From Eubacteriales bacterium (GTDB taxonomy: Bacteria > Bacillota > Clostridia > Oscillospirales > Acutalibacteraceae): a stretch of 64,000 nt of DNA. Position 1 is the stretch's first letter, and each line of letters opens with the position of its first letter. Below the pieces are notes generated by a model that had not been told where the DNA came from, did not search any database, and worked only from the letters and a program-made list of their open reading frames with translations. Shown here one piece after another: positions 1-10,467 of the stretch. Position numbers and translations under genes: made by a program. The DNA lies in NCBI GenBank assembly GCA_030533225.1, contig JAUNJO010000001.1:34402-98401 (forward strand), read 5' to 3'.

Positions 1-559
1 CTCCCTCATAGGCGCCGTACTTAATCAAATCGCCGTACATGGTGCCGTTGTTCATCTTGTGTCCGTGGGTGATGATATTTTTGCTGTTTACACCTTGTGT
101 GCTTCTGTAGTCGATGAATATACTGCCTGCAAAGGTGTAGGAGAGGTCATAGTTTCTGTGCAGATAATACTGACTTCCGTAGCCGTCACCCTCATGCTTG
201 AGCACAGGGTAATTAACTCTGGTGCCGGGAATATCCACCCAAGCCTTGATTTCATCATTTATCTTTAAGAGTTCCTCCCAATCCTGCTTGGCGGTGTACA
301 CCTTGCCGTCAGGGGTTGTGGGGTCGGTTTTCTCATTCTCGGTGACAATGACGGTTTCGTCCTTTGTGGCTTCGTCATAAGAGGCAACGGAGGTGTCTGC
401 TCCGCATTTATCAATGAGAATTACCGCAGAGAAAATGCACAATGCAATTAGGACAGCCGATAAAACCGCAACTGTCACAAGGTTGACTATTTTCTTTTTT
501 TTACTGTTATTCGGAGCCGAAGTTTCCTCCAAAATCACAGGATTATTCATATCTTCCAT
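1..559 (-). CDS. srtB: Class B sortase (runs off the window start; absent from the ORF track)
   Basis: Manual translation from ATG 559: N-terminal TM, then AWVDIPGTRVNYPVL, YYLHRNYD, FAGSIFIDYR, NIITHGHKMNNGTMYGDL, all typical SrtB motifs; open to base 1. Confidence 0.88.
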   Translation of the reverse strand, partial: MEDMNNPVILEETSAPNNSKKKKIVNLVTVAVLSAVLIALCIFSAVILIDKCGADTSVASYDEATKDETVIVTENEKTDPTTPDGKVYTAKQDWEELLKINDEIKAWVDIPGTRVNYPVLKHEGDGYGSQYYLHRNYDLSYTFAGSIFIDYRSTQGVNSKNIITHGHKMNNGTMYGDLIKYGAYEG

Positions 560-694
560 AGTTACACCTCAAACAAGTGATACATAGGTATTTTATCACA
601 ACTTGAGTCTCTTGTAAATATATAGTCCGATTGTTAATAGAAAAGTAAAAAACGGAGACGATTCAGAACCGTCTCCGTTTCAGGTCTTTTTTAA

Positions 695-2206
695 TTAAAG
701 GATAATCGACTTACCGGTCATTTCCTCAGGCTGAGCAAGTCCCAAAATTTTGAGCATTGTGGGAGCAATGTCGGCAAGCACACCGCCCTCGCGAAGCTCG
801 CAGGGATAGCCTGCAACGCAGAACCTGACAGGATTTGTGGTGTGAGCTGTGAAGGGTGAGCCGTCAACATCCACCATTTTGTCGGCGTTGCCGTGGTCAG
901 CAGTAATGAGGGTTACGCCGCCCATTTTCTCGATGGAAGCGGCAACCTTGCCCACGCAGGTATCAACCGCCTCAACAGCGGAAACCGCTGCCTCAAACAC
1001 ACCTGTGTGACCTACCATGTCGCAGTTTGCAAAGTTCAGGATGATAACATCGTACTTGCCGCTTTCGATAGCCTCACAACACTTGTCGCAAACCTCGTAA
1101 GCGCTCATCTCAGGCTGCAGGTCGTAGGTTGCAACCTTGGGTGATGCAACAAGAATTCTGTCTTCAAGGTCGTACTGCTTCTCAACACCGCCGTTGAAGA
1201 AGAAGGTTACATGAGCATACTTCTCTGTCTCGGCAATTCTCAGCTGAGTGAGACCCTGCTTTGAAATATACTCACCGAAAGTATTTACAAGACTCTGAGG
1301 CTTAAATGCAACCTCAACATTGGGCATGGTTGCATCGTACTGTGTCATGCAAACATAGTAGAGGGGGAAGAAGCCGTTTTTACGCTCAAAGCCGTCAAAA
1401 GTCTCATCCACAAAAGTACGGGTGATTTCTCTTGCTCTGTCGGGACGGAAGTTGTAGAACACAACGCTGTCATTCTCTTTGATTGCCTCGCCACCCTCAA
1501 TAACTGCGGGCACAACAAACTCGTCTGTAACACCCTCGCTGTAGGAATCCTCAACAGCCTTGACTGCACAGCAGGCCTTTACGCCCTCTCTGAGCACCAT
1601 TGCATCGTAAGCCTTAACTACTCTCTCCCAACGGTTATCTCTGTCCATAGCATAGTATCTGCCCATAACGGTTGCGATTTTGCCTACACCGATTTCCTCA
1701 AGCTTCTCGGAACAAGCCTTAACAAAATCCTTTCCGCTTGAAGGGGGTACATCTCTGCCGTCGAGGAAAGCGTGAACATAAACCTTCTCAAGTCCCATCT
1801 TCTTGGCAAGCTCTACGATTGCGTAAAGATGAGTATTGTGGCTGTGAACACCGCCGTCGGAAAGAAGACCCATAAGGTGAAGTGCGGAATTGTTCTTAAT
1901 TGCATTATTGATAGCACCGCAAAGTGCTTCATTCTCAAAGAAATCTCCGTCTGCAATAGACTTTGTGATTCTGGTTAACTCCTGATAGACAATTCTGCCT
2001 GCGCCGATGTTGGTGTGACCGACTTCGGAGTTGCCCATCTGACCGTCGGGAAGACCAACATCCATGCCTGAAGCACCTATAGCGGTGGTGGGGTTCTCAG
2101 CAAAAATTCTGTCAAGATTGGGAGTATTGGCGGCAGCGATTGCGTTGCCCTCTTTTTCGGCAATGCCGAAGCCGTCAAGAATACATAAAATCAGAGGTTT
2201 TTTCAT
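695..2206 (-). CDS. gpmI: 2,3-bisphosphoglycerate-independent phosphoglycerate mutase
   Basis: ILDGFG, GNSEVGH, DGGVHSH, TADHGN motifs; in the pgk-tpiA operon. Confidence 0.98.
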   Translation of the reverse strand: MKKPLILCILDGFGIAEKEGNAIAAANTPNLDRIFAENPTTAIGASGMDVGLPDGQMGNSEVGHTNIGAGRIVYQELTRITKSIADGDFFENEALCGAINNAIKNNSALHLMGLLSDGGVHSHNTHLYAIVELAKKMGLEKVYVHAFLDGRDVPPSSGKDFVKACSEKLEEIGVGKIATVMGRYYAMDRDNRWERVVKAYDAMVLREGVKACCAVKAVEDSYSEGVTDEFVVPAVIEGGEAIKENDSVVFYNFRPDRAREITRTFVDETFDGFERKNGFFPLYYVCMTQYDATMPNVEVAFKPQSLVNTFGEYISKQGLTQLRIAETEKYAHVTFFFNGGVEKQYDLEDRILVASPKVATYDLQPEMSAYEVCDKCCEAIESGKYDVIILNFANCDMVGHTGVFEAAVSAVEAVDTCVGKVAASIEKMGGVTLITADHGNADKMVDVDGSPFTAHTTNPVRFCVAGYPCELREGGVLADIAPTMLKILGLAQPEEMTGKSIIL

Positions 2207-2254
2207 ACTTTTATCTCCAATTCACTTAAAAATTCGTCTGATTACGCTTCGCGA

Positions 2255-3040
2255 TTACTTAGAAGCTGCTTCTACGATTTTTGCAAACTTCTCAGCAACC
2301 AAAGATGCGCCGCCGATAAGACCGCCGTCAACATTTACCTTGGAGAGAAGCTCCTCAGCGTTGCCGTCGTTCATAGAACCGCCGTACTGAATTGTAGTAG
2401 CCTCGGCAGTCTCGTTATCGTAAAGCTCTGCGATAACCTCTCTGATGATACCGCAAACCTCATCTGCCTGATCGGCAGTTGCAGTAAGACCTGTGCCGAT
2501 AGCCCAAACAGGCTCGTAAGCGATGATGATTTTGCTCATATCCTCTTTAGAAACGCCCTGAAGAGCAATTTTTGTCTGCATTCTGCAAACCTCGGCAGTA
2601 ACACCCTGCTCTCTCTGCTCAAGATATTCACCCACACAAAGGATTACCGTAAGGCCTTCCGAAAGTGCAGCCTTAACTCTCTTGTTGACGGTTACATCAG
2701 TCTCACCGAAGTACTGACGGCGCTCGGAGTGACCGATAATAACATACTCAAGACCCATTGCCTTGAGCATGGGAGCAGAAACCTCGGCAGTGAAAGCGCC
2801 GCTTTTCTCCCAGTGGCAGTTCTCTGCGCCGATTTTGATGTTTGTGCCCTCTGTCACCTCAAGAGCTGTCTGTAAATCAACATAAGGAACGCAAGCGATA
2901 ACATCGCAGTCTGCATCCTTAACGAGGGGAATCATAGCGGTGAGAAGCTCTTTAGCTTCTGCGGGAGTTTTGTTCATTTTCCAGTTACCTGCGATAACTG
3001 TCTTTCTTGTAGCCTTGTTCATTACAATACATCCTTTCAA
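2255..3040 (-). CDS. tpiA: Triosephosphate isomerase
   Basis: IAGNWKMN, IGHSERR, AYEPVWAIGTG, GGLIGGASL. Confidence 0.98.
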   Translation of the reverse strand: MKGCIVMNKATRKTVIAGNWKMNKTPAEAKELLTAMIPLVKDADCDVIACVPYVDLQTALEVTEGTNIKIGAENCHWEKSGAFTAEVSAPMLKAMGLEYVIIGHSERRQYFGETDVTVNKRVKAALSEGLTVILCVGEYLEQREQGVTAEVCRMQTKIALQGVSKEDMSKIIIAYEPVWAIGTGLTATADQADEVCGIIREVIAELYDNETAEATTIQYGGSMNDGNAEELLSKVNVDGGLIGGASLVAEKFAKIVEAASK

Positions 3041-3113
3041 AAATACTTTGACATATATACTTTAACATAGGTTTGGGGCGGATTGCTCCGCCCCTGTATT
3101 TTGTTGGAAATAA

Positions 3114-4322
3114 TTATTTGTCGGCAATAACTGCAACACCGGGGAGAACCTTTCCCTCGAGATACTCAAGAGAAGCACCGCCGCCTGTGGAGATATGGCT
3201 CATTGCATCGGCAAAGCCCAGGTTGATAACTGCTGCTGCGGAGTCGCCGCCGCCGATGATTGTGGTGGCGTCAGTCTCGGCAAGAGCCTTAGCAACTGCA
3301 ATAGTACCGCTTGCAAGACATGCGTTCTCGGAAACGCCCATAGGTCCGTTCCAAACAACAGTCTTAGCGCTCTTAACTGCCTGTGCAAACATCTCGGCAG
3401 TCTTGGGGCCGATATCAAGACCCATAAGGTCATCGGGAATTGCCATTGTATCAGCTACGGAAGTCTCAATATGAGCATCAATGGGATCGGGGAACTCCTT
3501 GGTAACTGTTGTGTCAACAGGAAGCATGAGCTTTTTGCCCAGTTTTTCAGCCTTCTCCATCATTTCCTTGCAGTAATCAATCTTTGTATCGTCAACAAGG
3601 GAAGTGCCCACATTGCCGCCCTGTGCCTTGATGAATGTGTAAGCCATGCCGCCGCCGATGATAAGTGTGTCGCACTTCTCAAGGAGGTTGGAGATAACAT
3701 TGAGCTTGTCTGCAACCTTTGCGCCGCCGAGAATTGCAACGAAAGGTCTGACAGGGTTCTCAACTGCATTGCCGAGGAAAGCGATTTCCTTCTGCATGAG
3801 GTAGCCTACAGCGGTCTCTTTGATGTGGTCGGTAACACCTGCGGTTGAGCAGTGTGCACGGTGAGCACTGCCGAATGCGTCCATTACGAATACATCTGCC
3901 AAAGAAGCAAGCTCAGAGGAGAAGGGCTCAAGATTCTTGGTCTCTTCTTTTCTGAAGCGGGTGTTCTGAAGAAGTACAACATCTCCGTTGTTCATCTCTG
4001 CTACTGCCTTCTTAGCGTTCTCGCCTACTACCTCGTCATCGTTTGCGAAAACTACTTCCTTGCCGAGAAGCTCGGAAAGGCGAACTGCTACGGGAGCAAG
4101 GGAGAACTTCTCTTCGGGGCCGTTCTTGGGCTTGCCGAGATGTGAGCAAAGAATTACCTTTGCACCGCCCTCAATAAGCTTTTTGATTGTGGGGAGAGCA
4201 GCAGTGATGCGGTTGTCGTTAGTGATAACGCCCTCTTTAAGAGGAACGTTAAAGTCGCAACGGCAAAGAACTCTTTTGCCCTCTACATTAAGGTCATCTA
4301 CAGTTACTTTGTTGAGATTCAT
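3114..4322 (-). CDS. pgk: Phosphoglycerate kinase
   Basis: [37 protein letters not shown]. Confidence 0.98.
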   Translation of the reverse strand: MNLNKVTVDDLNVEGKRVLCRCDFNVPLKEGVITNDNRITAALPTIKKLIEGGAKVILCSHLGKPKNGPEEKFSLAPVAVRLSELLGKEVVFANDDEVVGENAKKAVAEMNNGDVVLLQNTRFRKEETKNLEPFSSELASLADVFVMDAFGSAHRAHCSTAGVTDHIKETAVGYLMQKEIAFLGNAVENPVRPFVAILGGAKVADKLNVISNLLEKCDTLIIGGGMAYTFIKAQGGNVGTSLVDDTKIDYCKEMMEKAEKLGKKLMLPVDTTVTKEFPDPIDAHIETSVADTMAIPDDLMGLDIGPKTAEMFAQAVKSAKTVVWNGPMGVSENACLASGTIAVAKALAETDATTIIGGGDSAAAVINLGFADAMSHISTGGGASLEYLEGKVLPGVAVIADK

Positions 4323-4493
4323 AAGTATTACCCTTTCATATAAAAAATTAGTTATAAAAAAACAAAATTAACCAAATATATTATATATCAACAATCCCCG
4401 TTTGGCAAGCATTAATGAGGGATTTTCCGAAATTTACAGTATTATTTTCCCGAAGCATGAAAATAATATTAAAAATGATATAAGAAGCAAAAT

Positions 4494-5000
4494 TTATGCG
4501 TCATCCCAGCTGTGTCGGTGAAGCTCACCTTTGGTAAGGAGCTCGGGATAATCCCACTGTCTCAGGGTTTCGTAGGTCGCAACGGCAACAGAGTTTGAGA
4601 GGTTAAGGCTTCTTGCCTCTGAAAGCATGGGAATACGGACACAGTGCTCCTTGTTCTTCATAAGCAGCCATTCGGGAAGTCCCCGGGTCTCCTTGCCGAA
4701 AACCAGATACGCTTTATCCGGGTATTTTACATCGGTGTGGATTTTTTGAGCTTTCGTTGAGAAATAGAAAAACTCTCCATCCTTATTTTTCTCAAAAAAA
4801 TCATCTAAATTATCGTAATATGTAATATCCAAAAGATACCAATAATCAAGGCCTGCACGCTTGAGCTTTTTGTCGTCAACCTCAAAGCCCATAGGACGCA
4901 CAAGATGAAGTCTTGCGCCGGTGGCGGCACAGGTCCGCGCAATGTTTCCGGTATTTTGGGGAATTTCAGGCTCTACAAGTACAATATTGAGTTCTGCCAA
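4494..5000 (-). CDS. trmL: tRNA (cytidine/uridine-2'-O)-methyltransferase, SpoU family
   Basis: PEIPQNTGNIARTC, KRAGLDYW, FGKETRGLP, RSLNLSNS. Confidence 0.93.
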   Translation of the reverse strand: MAELNIVLVEPEIPQNTGNIARTCAATGARLHLVRPMGFEVDDKKLKRAGLDYWYLLDITYYDNLDDFFEKNKDGEFFYFSTKAQKIHTDVKYPDKAYLVFGKETRGLPEWLLMKNKEHCVRIPMLSEARSLNLSNSVAVATYETLRQWDYPELLTKGELHRHSWDDA

Positions 5001-5090
5001 AACTTATCACCTCTAAGATATTCTAAACCGAGCACAATAATAAAGCAAGGAAAACTTGCGTGAATTTTGGAAATTAAGGAGGTAAAAACC

Positions 5091-5273
5091 GTGAGTGACA
5101 GCACAATGAAGCTTATGAAAGGAATGGCTATGGGCGCGATGCTTGGCATGACCGCCGGAGTAATAGGCACAAAAATGATGGAGAGCAACAAGAAAACCAT
5201 GAAAAGAAAGGCAAACAAAGCACTCCACACAGTTGAGAACATGATAGACACCGCCTCGTATATGTTCAAATAA
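5091..5273 (+). CDS. Small protein with Gly-rich hydrophobic N-terminus (YtxH-like)
   Basis: RBS AAGGAGG before GTG 5091; GMAMGAMLGMTAG pattern. Confidence 0.7.
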   Translation: MSDSTMKLMKGMAMGAMLGMTAGVIGTKMMESNKKTMKRKANKALHTVENMIDTASYMFK

Positions 5274-5404
5274 GCGCCGAGTCGCAAAGCCCTCAAAAAT
5301 CAGTGCCGACGGCGGTATTTGCCGAAAAACACGGATTTTCTTACACAGTTACTAAAACATCAAAAAACAAAAAACCGACCGAAAATTCGGTCGGTTAATC
5401 TTTA

Positions 5405-6922
5405 TCAGAGTGAACGGTCTACGGAAGTGGGTGTCATGAAGTTCAAGGGGTCGATGGGTGTTCCGTTCTCCCAAATCTCAAAGTGGAGATGGGCGCCGGT
5501 TGAAAAACCTGTTGAACCTACACCTGCCACAGCAGTGCCCTTTGAAACCTTATCGCCTACAGATACATAGAGGTACGCGCAATGAGCGTACATTGTGCTA
5601 TAGCCGTTGCCGTGGTCAATTATAACCTGATTGCCGTAGCCTGAACCGTTGTCGCCGGCAAACACAACAGTACCTGCGTCGGATGCCACAATGTCGGCAC
5701 CGTAGATACCTGAACCTGCGATATCAATACCGGAGTGGAAGCTTCCCCAACGGTTCTCGAAAAGTGTTGTGCAAAGTCCGGTTGAGGGTACAGGCCAGAT
5801 AAAATCGCCGTTTCCGATGTAGCTTTCCTGAGTTCCTACGACAAGAACCTCTGTTACAGGTTCTTTAACTACAACCCGAGCTGTCTCCACAGAATCAACC
5901 AAAACACCGTCAACATAGGAAAGGCGCAAGGTCTGCTGAACAGTACCGTTTTCGCCTGCCACCTTAGTTTCGCAGTAGGTGTTAAGCTCATTGTCGTCAT
6001 ATTCATAAACGGTTTCATAGTCCACCTGTTCGGTGAGCATAAGGTCAGTCTCAATGAGAATTGAGAAGTTTACCTTTGCTTCCTCAATGAGGGTGTCAAC
6101 ACTCTTTATGGTGTCGGCAGCATAAACATCAGTCACGACCTGAACATCATTGTAGAATGCTGCGGTTGTAGTCTGGTCATACTTTGCCTTTGCCTGCTCA
6201 AGAATATCAATAAGTGCCATATTGAGGGCATCTGCGTCCTCTGATGCACCGTAAAACTCTCCGTCAACGAAAAGTCCGCCTGCATTTGACACTACTACAT
6301 CAGAGTAGTCTACCAGCTTCTCATAAACCTCTTTTGCATCGGATTTCCTTTCAGTTACCAAAGAGGGATTCTTGACCTGGAGAACAGGGGTAAGGCTCTT
6401 GTCCTCCTTGGTGTCTGCCAATGCATCGTGGAAGTTTGCGCTCGCCTGAGTGAGGACTGCCTCCTCCTCGATGGTGGCAATATACTCACCGTCAATAGAA
6501 ACGGTGAGAGGCTTATCGCTGAGTGTCCAGAAACAAATTGTGAAAATCAGCACAAAAAGAGCCAAAACTGGGGCACAGGCGGTTGCGATGCCCTTGGGAG
6601 TTCTCATAAACATAAAATCAGAGCTTTTGATGTGAAAATTTCTGATTCCGCTGAATGCTTTGAGAGGGGTGAGGGTTTTCCATGTAATGCGTGAAAACTT
6701 CTTCACAATTACCGATGCGTCATGACGCACAGATTTTGCAGCACGCATAATAAAACGCACGAGCTTTTTGAGGTTAGGCTTTTGCTTTCTTAAAAAAGCC
6801 ACCGCAGATTTCTCTGCATTCTTAATATTAAATTTTTTCGCAGATGTTTTTTTAGCATTTTCGTTCCGAGTGAGGCTTGCAAATTTGCCGTAACCCTCAG
6901 CACCAATAAACTTAGTATCCAA
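5405..6922 (-). CDS. M23 family murein endopeptidase with G5 domain
   Basis: HSGID and HLHFE M23 motifs, GNGYGNQVIIDH, upstream G5-like segment ending VVVKEPVTEVLVVGT, one TM. Confidence 0.9.
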   Translation of the reverse strand: MDTKFIGAEGYGKFASLTRNENAKKTSAKKFNIKNAEKSAVAFLRKQKPNLKKLVRFIMRAAKSVRHDASVIVKKFSRITWKTLTPLKAFSGIRNFHIKSSDFMFMRTPKGIATACAPVLALFVLIFTICFWTLSDKPLTVSIDGEYIATIEEEAVLTQASANFHDALADTKEDKSLTPVLQVKNPSLVTERKSDAKEVYEKLVDYSDVVVSNAGGLFVDGEFYGASEDADALNMALIDILEQAKAKYDQTTTAAFYNDVQVVTDVYAADTIKSVDTLIEEAKVNFSILIETDLMLTEQVDYETVYEYDDNELNTYCETKVAGENGTVQQTLRLSYVDGVLVDSVETARVVVKEPVTEVLVVGTQESYIGNGDFIWPVPSTGLCTTLFENRWGSFHSGIDIAGSGIYGADIVASDAGTVVFAGDNGSGYGNQVIIDHGNGYSTMYAHCAYLYVSVGDKVSKGTAVAGVGSTGFSTGAHLHFEIWENGTPIDPLNFMTPTSVDRSL

Positions 6923-7094
6923 AAAAATTCTCCTTGATATTGCTTTTTTTCTCGTTTGTAATCAACTGTTACAAACTTGTAACTACTTTGGTTATTATAC
7001 AAAAGACTTTGTAAAAAAACAACCAAAACTGCGATTTTTCAGTCAATTAGCCACTTACGCTAAAGCAATCAAGGAGATTTTAGTTATTTTGACA

Positions 7095-7553
7095 TTAGTT
7101 ATTATACTGTAAGTTATATATATCCCAATTTTTCAACACAGAGTAATATTCCTCTATTGCCCTCTTTGCGCCCTCAAGGTCATGCTCAAGATAGTTGCCG
7201 CACTCCTCCATCTTTGAGCCGGGGATTTCCCCCTCGAACTCCAGAGCCTGCTTCAAGGTCTCCCTTATAAGAGTGATTGTGTCCCTATTTGAAAGGTCAC
7301 GCACAAGAAGATAAAAACCTGTTCTGCATCCCATAGGTCCGAAATACACAACATTGTTAGAAAATCTGCTGTTGCGAGCAAATGTTGCAAAAAGATGCTC
7401 AATGGTGTGCAGAGCCTTTTGCTCCAGAAAGGGAGGTTTGTTGGGTGCTACAAACCTCAAATCGTAGGTTGTAATGTCTCCGTCAAGTCGGGAAACATAA
7501 CATCCGGGTTTCAGGTTGTTGTGGTCAACAGTAAAGCTTGCAATTTTTTCCAT
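7095..7553 (-). CDS. luxS: S-ribosylhomocysteine lyase (AI-2 synthase)
   Basis: SFTVDH, HTIEHLFA, GPMGCRTGFY, CGNYLEH. Confidence 0.96.
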   Translation of the reverse strand: MEKIASFTVDHNNLKPGCYVSRLDGDITTYDLRFVAPNKPPFLEQKALHTIEHLFATFARNSRFSNNVVYFGPMGCRTGFYLLVRDLSNRDTITLIRETLKQALEFEGEIPGSKMEECGNYLEHDLEGAKRAIEEYYSVLKNWDIYNLQYNN

Positions 7554-7599
7554 TTCAATTACCCCTTTATATTATATATAGTATATGTAGTATATGAAT

Positions 7600-8742
7600 T
7601 TACTCTTTGCTGTAATCCTTAAAACAGATATTCAGGTCGGTGTGGCCCTTTACACCGGGGACTTCACCCGAGGCGCTGTACTGCCACATGGTGTAGTTGT
7701 AATAAAAGTAGGGCTTCGAGCTGTAGCCTGCATACCAGATGTCAATATCCTTGAGAGTGCCTAAATTGAGCTTATAATATCCAAGCTGCTCATTGGTGTA
7801 AACCATAGGTGTATAGCCAAGCTCAATTACCCTGTCACAAAAAGCTCGGGCACAAAGGGTTGCGGTCTCGGGGGATACACCGTCGATTCTTGTGGCGGTG
7901 CCGCTGAGAATTTCCCAGTCGTAAGCCAAGGGAAAATCAAGCTCAAAGCTCGAAAGAATATCGTGAGAATACTCCGCCTCCTCTATTGCCTCCTCCTCAT
8001 TCCTTGCCTGTGAGAAAAAGTATCCGCCAACCAAAAGTCCTGCTTCTCTTGCGTTCTTCAAGTTTTCTCTGCACATATCGTCCTCGTAAAGAGCACCCGA
8101 CTCGCCGTAGCCTCTGCCGCCGATTCTCACCATAACAAAATCCACACCGCTTTTCTTGACGGCGCCAAAGTCAATACTGCCGTTGTAAGTGGACACATCA
8201 ATTCCCACCAAGGAGGAAACCTCACCGTCCTCATAATAGTATCTGTAGCCGTTTTCTTCCCTGATATTGTCAATATCGTAGTCCGCCTTAGGTATATGGG
8301 GAATTGCAGGAATGTAGGTCTCCCCAAGCTCGGAGTTATAAAGGGGAATCATCTCCCCCTCCACGGTCACGGGACCTGTATAATTGTTTGTGTAGTTTTC
8401 CCTCCTTGAGAGCTTCAAAGACTTTACACAAAGGCAAATACTCAAAACAAGGTTTATCACCAAAAGCAGAGCAATAACTATTAGGTATCCTTTGCCCTTC
8501 TTCCCGGGTTTTCTTCTGTTTTTTGGTGTTTTCGGATTCAAAGAGCAGGGATTTTCCTCCTCGTCAGGCTTTTCCTCCACCGTAGTCGGTGTTTCCCCCT
8601 CTGAATCCGGCGTTTTCTCCTCTGTGAGCAAATCCTCCTGCAAAAGGGTTTTTTCATCTATAATACTGTCACAAATTTCAGCCGAAACCTTATCCGAATT
8701 TTCACTCAAAGGATCATTTTCAAATTCACTCATACATTTCAC
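7600..8742 (-). CDS. Membrane-anchored GH25 muramidase
   Basis: GIDVSTYNG, VRIGGRGYG, YFFSQA, AYDWE, MWQYS, TDLN after a single TM. Confidence 0.9.
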   Translation of the reverse strand: MKCMSEFENDPLSENSDKVSAEICDSIIDEKTLLQEDLLTEEKTPDSEGETPTTVEEKPDEEENPCSLNPKTPKNRRKPGKKGKGYLIVIALLLVINLVLSICLCVKSLKLSRRENYTNNYTGPVTVEGEMIPLYNSELGETYIPAIPHIPKADYDIDNIREENGYRYYYEDGEVSSLVGIDVSTYNGSIDFGAVKKSGVDFVMVRIGGRGYGESGALYEDDMCRENLKNAREAGLLVGGYFFSQARNEEEAIEEAEYSHDILSSFELDFPLAYDWEILSGTATRIDGVSPETATLCARAFCDRVIELGYTPMVYTNEQLGYYKLNLGTLKDIDIWYAGYSSKPYFYYNYTMWQYSASGEVPGVKGHTDLNICFKDYSKE

Positions 8743-8867
8743 ATCCTTATTTTATAGGATATCACAAATATATTTTGCTGTAAACAGCAACATGGGCAAA
8801 TCCTACACTTGCAATCTACTTTCAAATTCTGTATAATACATAATAAAATGGGAAAGGAGGGCGTTTT

Positions 8868-9110
8868 ATGGTCATGAGAGGCTACAAAAAGAAAACCAAA
8901 GACGAGCTTTTGAAGGCTATTGACGACTGCGTTTCAATCAGCCAGATTTTCGCACTTGTACAGCACGAGCAGATTGAACTTCGTATGCAAACCATGTGCA
9001 GTGCCTCAAACCTGCCCCCAAAATCCCCCAACATTCCTCAAAACCCCGAGGATTCTCCCCTTGAGCGCCTCAAAAACGCAGTAAAGCTTGCGGTTATTCA
9101 CAACAGATAA
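8868..9110 (+). CDS. Hypothetical protein
   Basis: Strong RBS AAAGGAGG, upstream TATAAT, downstream hairpin. Confidence 0.7.
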   Translation: MVMRGYKKKTKDELLKAIDDCVSISQIFALVQHEQIELRMQTMCSASNLPPKSPNIPQNPEDSPLERLKNAVKLAVIHNR

Positions 9111-9157
9111 GCACTAAAGTAAATCGCCCTGCCGAAAAAGTGGCAAGGCGATGTTTT

Positions 9158-10321
9158 TTACTCTTTTTCCGCTGTTTGATTTTTCTTTTTCTTCTTCGCG
9201 GTTACAATTCTGTGTATAAGAGGAAGGCTCTCATTTGCGTCCGGTTTCAAAGGCATATTCCAAATGTGAATAATACCGCTTTCATGGAGTTTGACAAGGA
9301 TAATCATCATCACAGGCATAAGCATCATACCCACAACACCGAATATCTTAAGTCCCACATACATGGAAACAAGGGTAACAATGGGGTGAAGTCCAACCTG
9401 GTCGCCGATGATTCTGGGTTCGATGATGTTTCGGATAATGGTAATCAAAACATACACAATCAGCACACCGATGCCCTGTCTGAAGTCTCCCAAAATCAGA
9501 CTGACAATGCCCCAGGGGATGAGCACCGTTCCTGTGCCCACAACAGGGAGAATATCCAAAACGGCAATAAGCGCCGCTAAAATCGGCGCATACTCAACTC
9601 TCAAAATTGAAAGTCCGATTAAGAGTTCGATGAATGTAATAAAGAGAATCAGCGCATAACCTCGGAGCATATACAGGATGTTTGTAACAAACAGTCTCTT
9701 GACATTTATCACAAGTTCCTTATTCTTGTCATTAAGCTGCAAAAGTACAAAGTTTGTAATCTTGTTGTAGTCCTTGGTGATGTAACAGGAAGCAACTATT
9801 GAGAAGATACAAGCTATCAAAAGTCCCGGTCCGTCTACAATAACCGTCTTTCCCATAGAGGTCGCAAGCCCCGTAACGCCCGAAACCGCAGCGTCAATTA
9901 TGGTGCCGGGGAGATTTCCTATGGTTTCGGTCAAATCAAAGGGAAGCCGGTCGGAAACACTTGAAACCCATGCCGTGACCGTGGCAAAGGTATTTTTTAC
10001 ATTCGGCACAAGGGACTTAATCCACACTAAAAATCCCGGTATTTCCTTGGAAAGCTGCCATCCCACAAGGCCGATTGCTGCAAAAATCGCACAAAGCACG
10101 GTGAGTACCAAGAGCAAAGACCAAAAGGTTCTGTTAATCTTGGTCTTTTTTACAAGCCACGCAACAGGCTTTTGCAGACAAACAGCAACCACAAGACCGA
10201 TAACGAAAGGCAAAAACCAAACCATCACATACTTTATGCCCACATACACAAGCAAAAGCAACACTACAACAAACAGAACATCTATAATGAATTTTCTTTT
10301 TCCTTCTGTTTTTAATGTCAA
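9158..10321 (-). CDS. ytvI: YtvI / AI-2E family integral membrane protein
   Basis: Multi-TM; LDILPVVGTG, RNIIEPRIIGDQVGLHP. Confidence 0.88.
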   Translation of the reverse strand: MTLKTEGKRKFIIDVLFVVVLLLLVYVGIKYVMVWFLPFVIGLVVAVCLQKPVAWLVKKTKINRTFWSLLLVLTVLCAIFAAIGLVGWQLSKEIPGFLVWIKSLVPNVKNTFATVTAWVSSVSDRLPFDLTETIGNLPGTIIDAAVSGVTGLATSMGKTVIVDGPGLLIACIFSIVASCYITKDYNKITNFVLLQLNDKNKELVINVKRLFVTNILYMLRGYALILFITFIELLIGLSILRVEYAPILAALIAVLDILPVVGTGTVLIPWGIVSLILGDFRQGIGVLIVYVLITIIRNIIEPRIIGDQVGLHPIVTLVSMYVGLKIFGVVGMMLMPVMMIILVKLHESGIIHIWNMPLKPDANESLPLIHRIVTAKKKKKNQTAEKE

Positions 10322-10467
10322 AATACCACCTGCTTTACATACACAATATTACTGTGTGCAAATTTTTCCCTTTTAGTCAATTCATTTCTCCGCAAAATTT
10401 GCTCCATTGACTATGAAAACCGATTATATTATACTAAATACAGAATGTTTACACAAGGGGTTATTTT

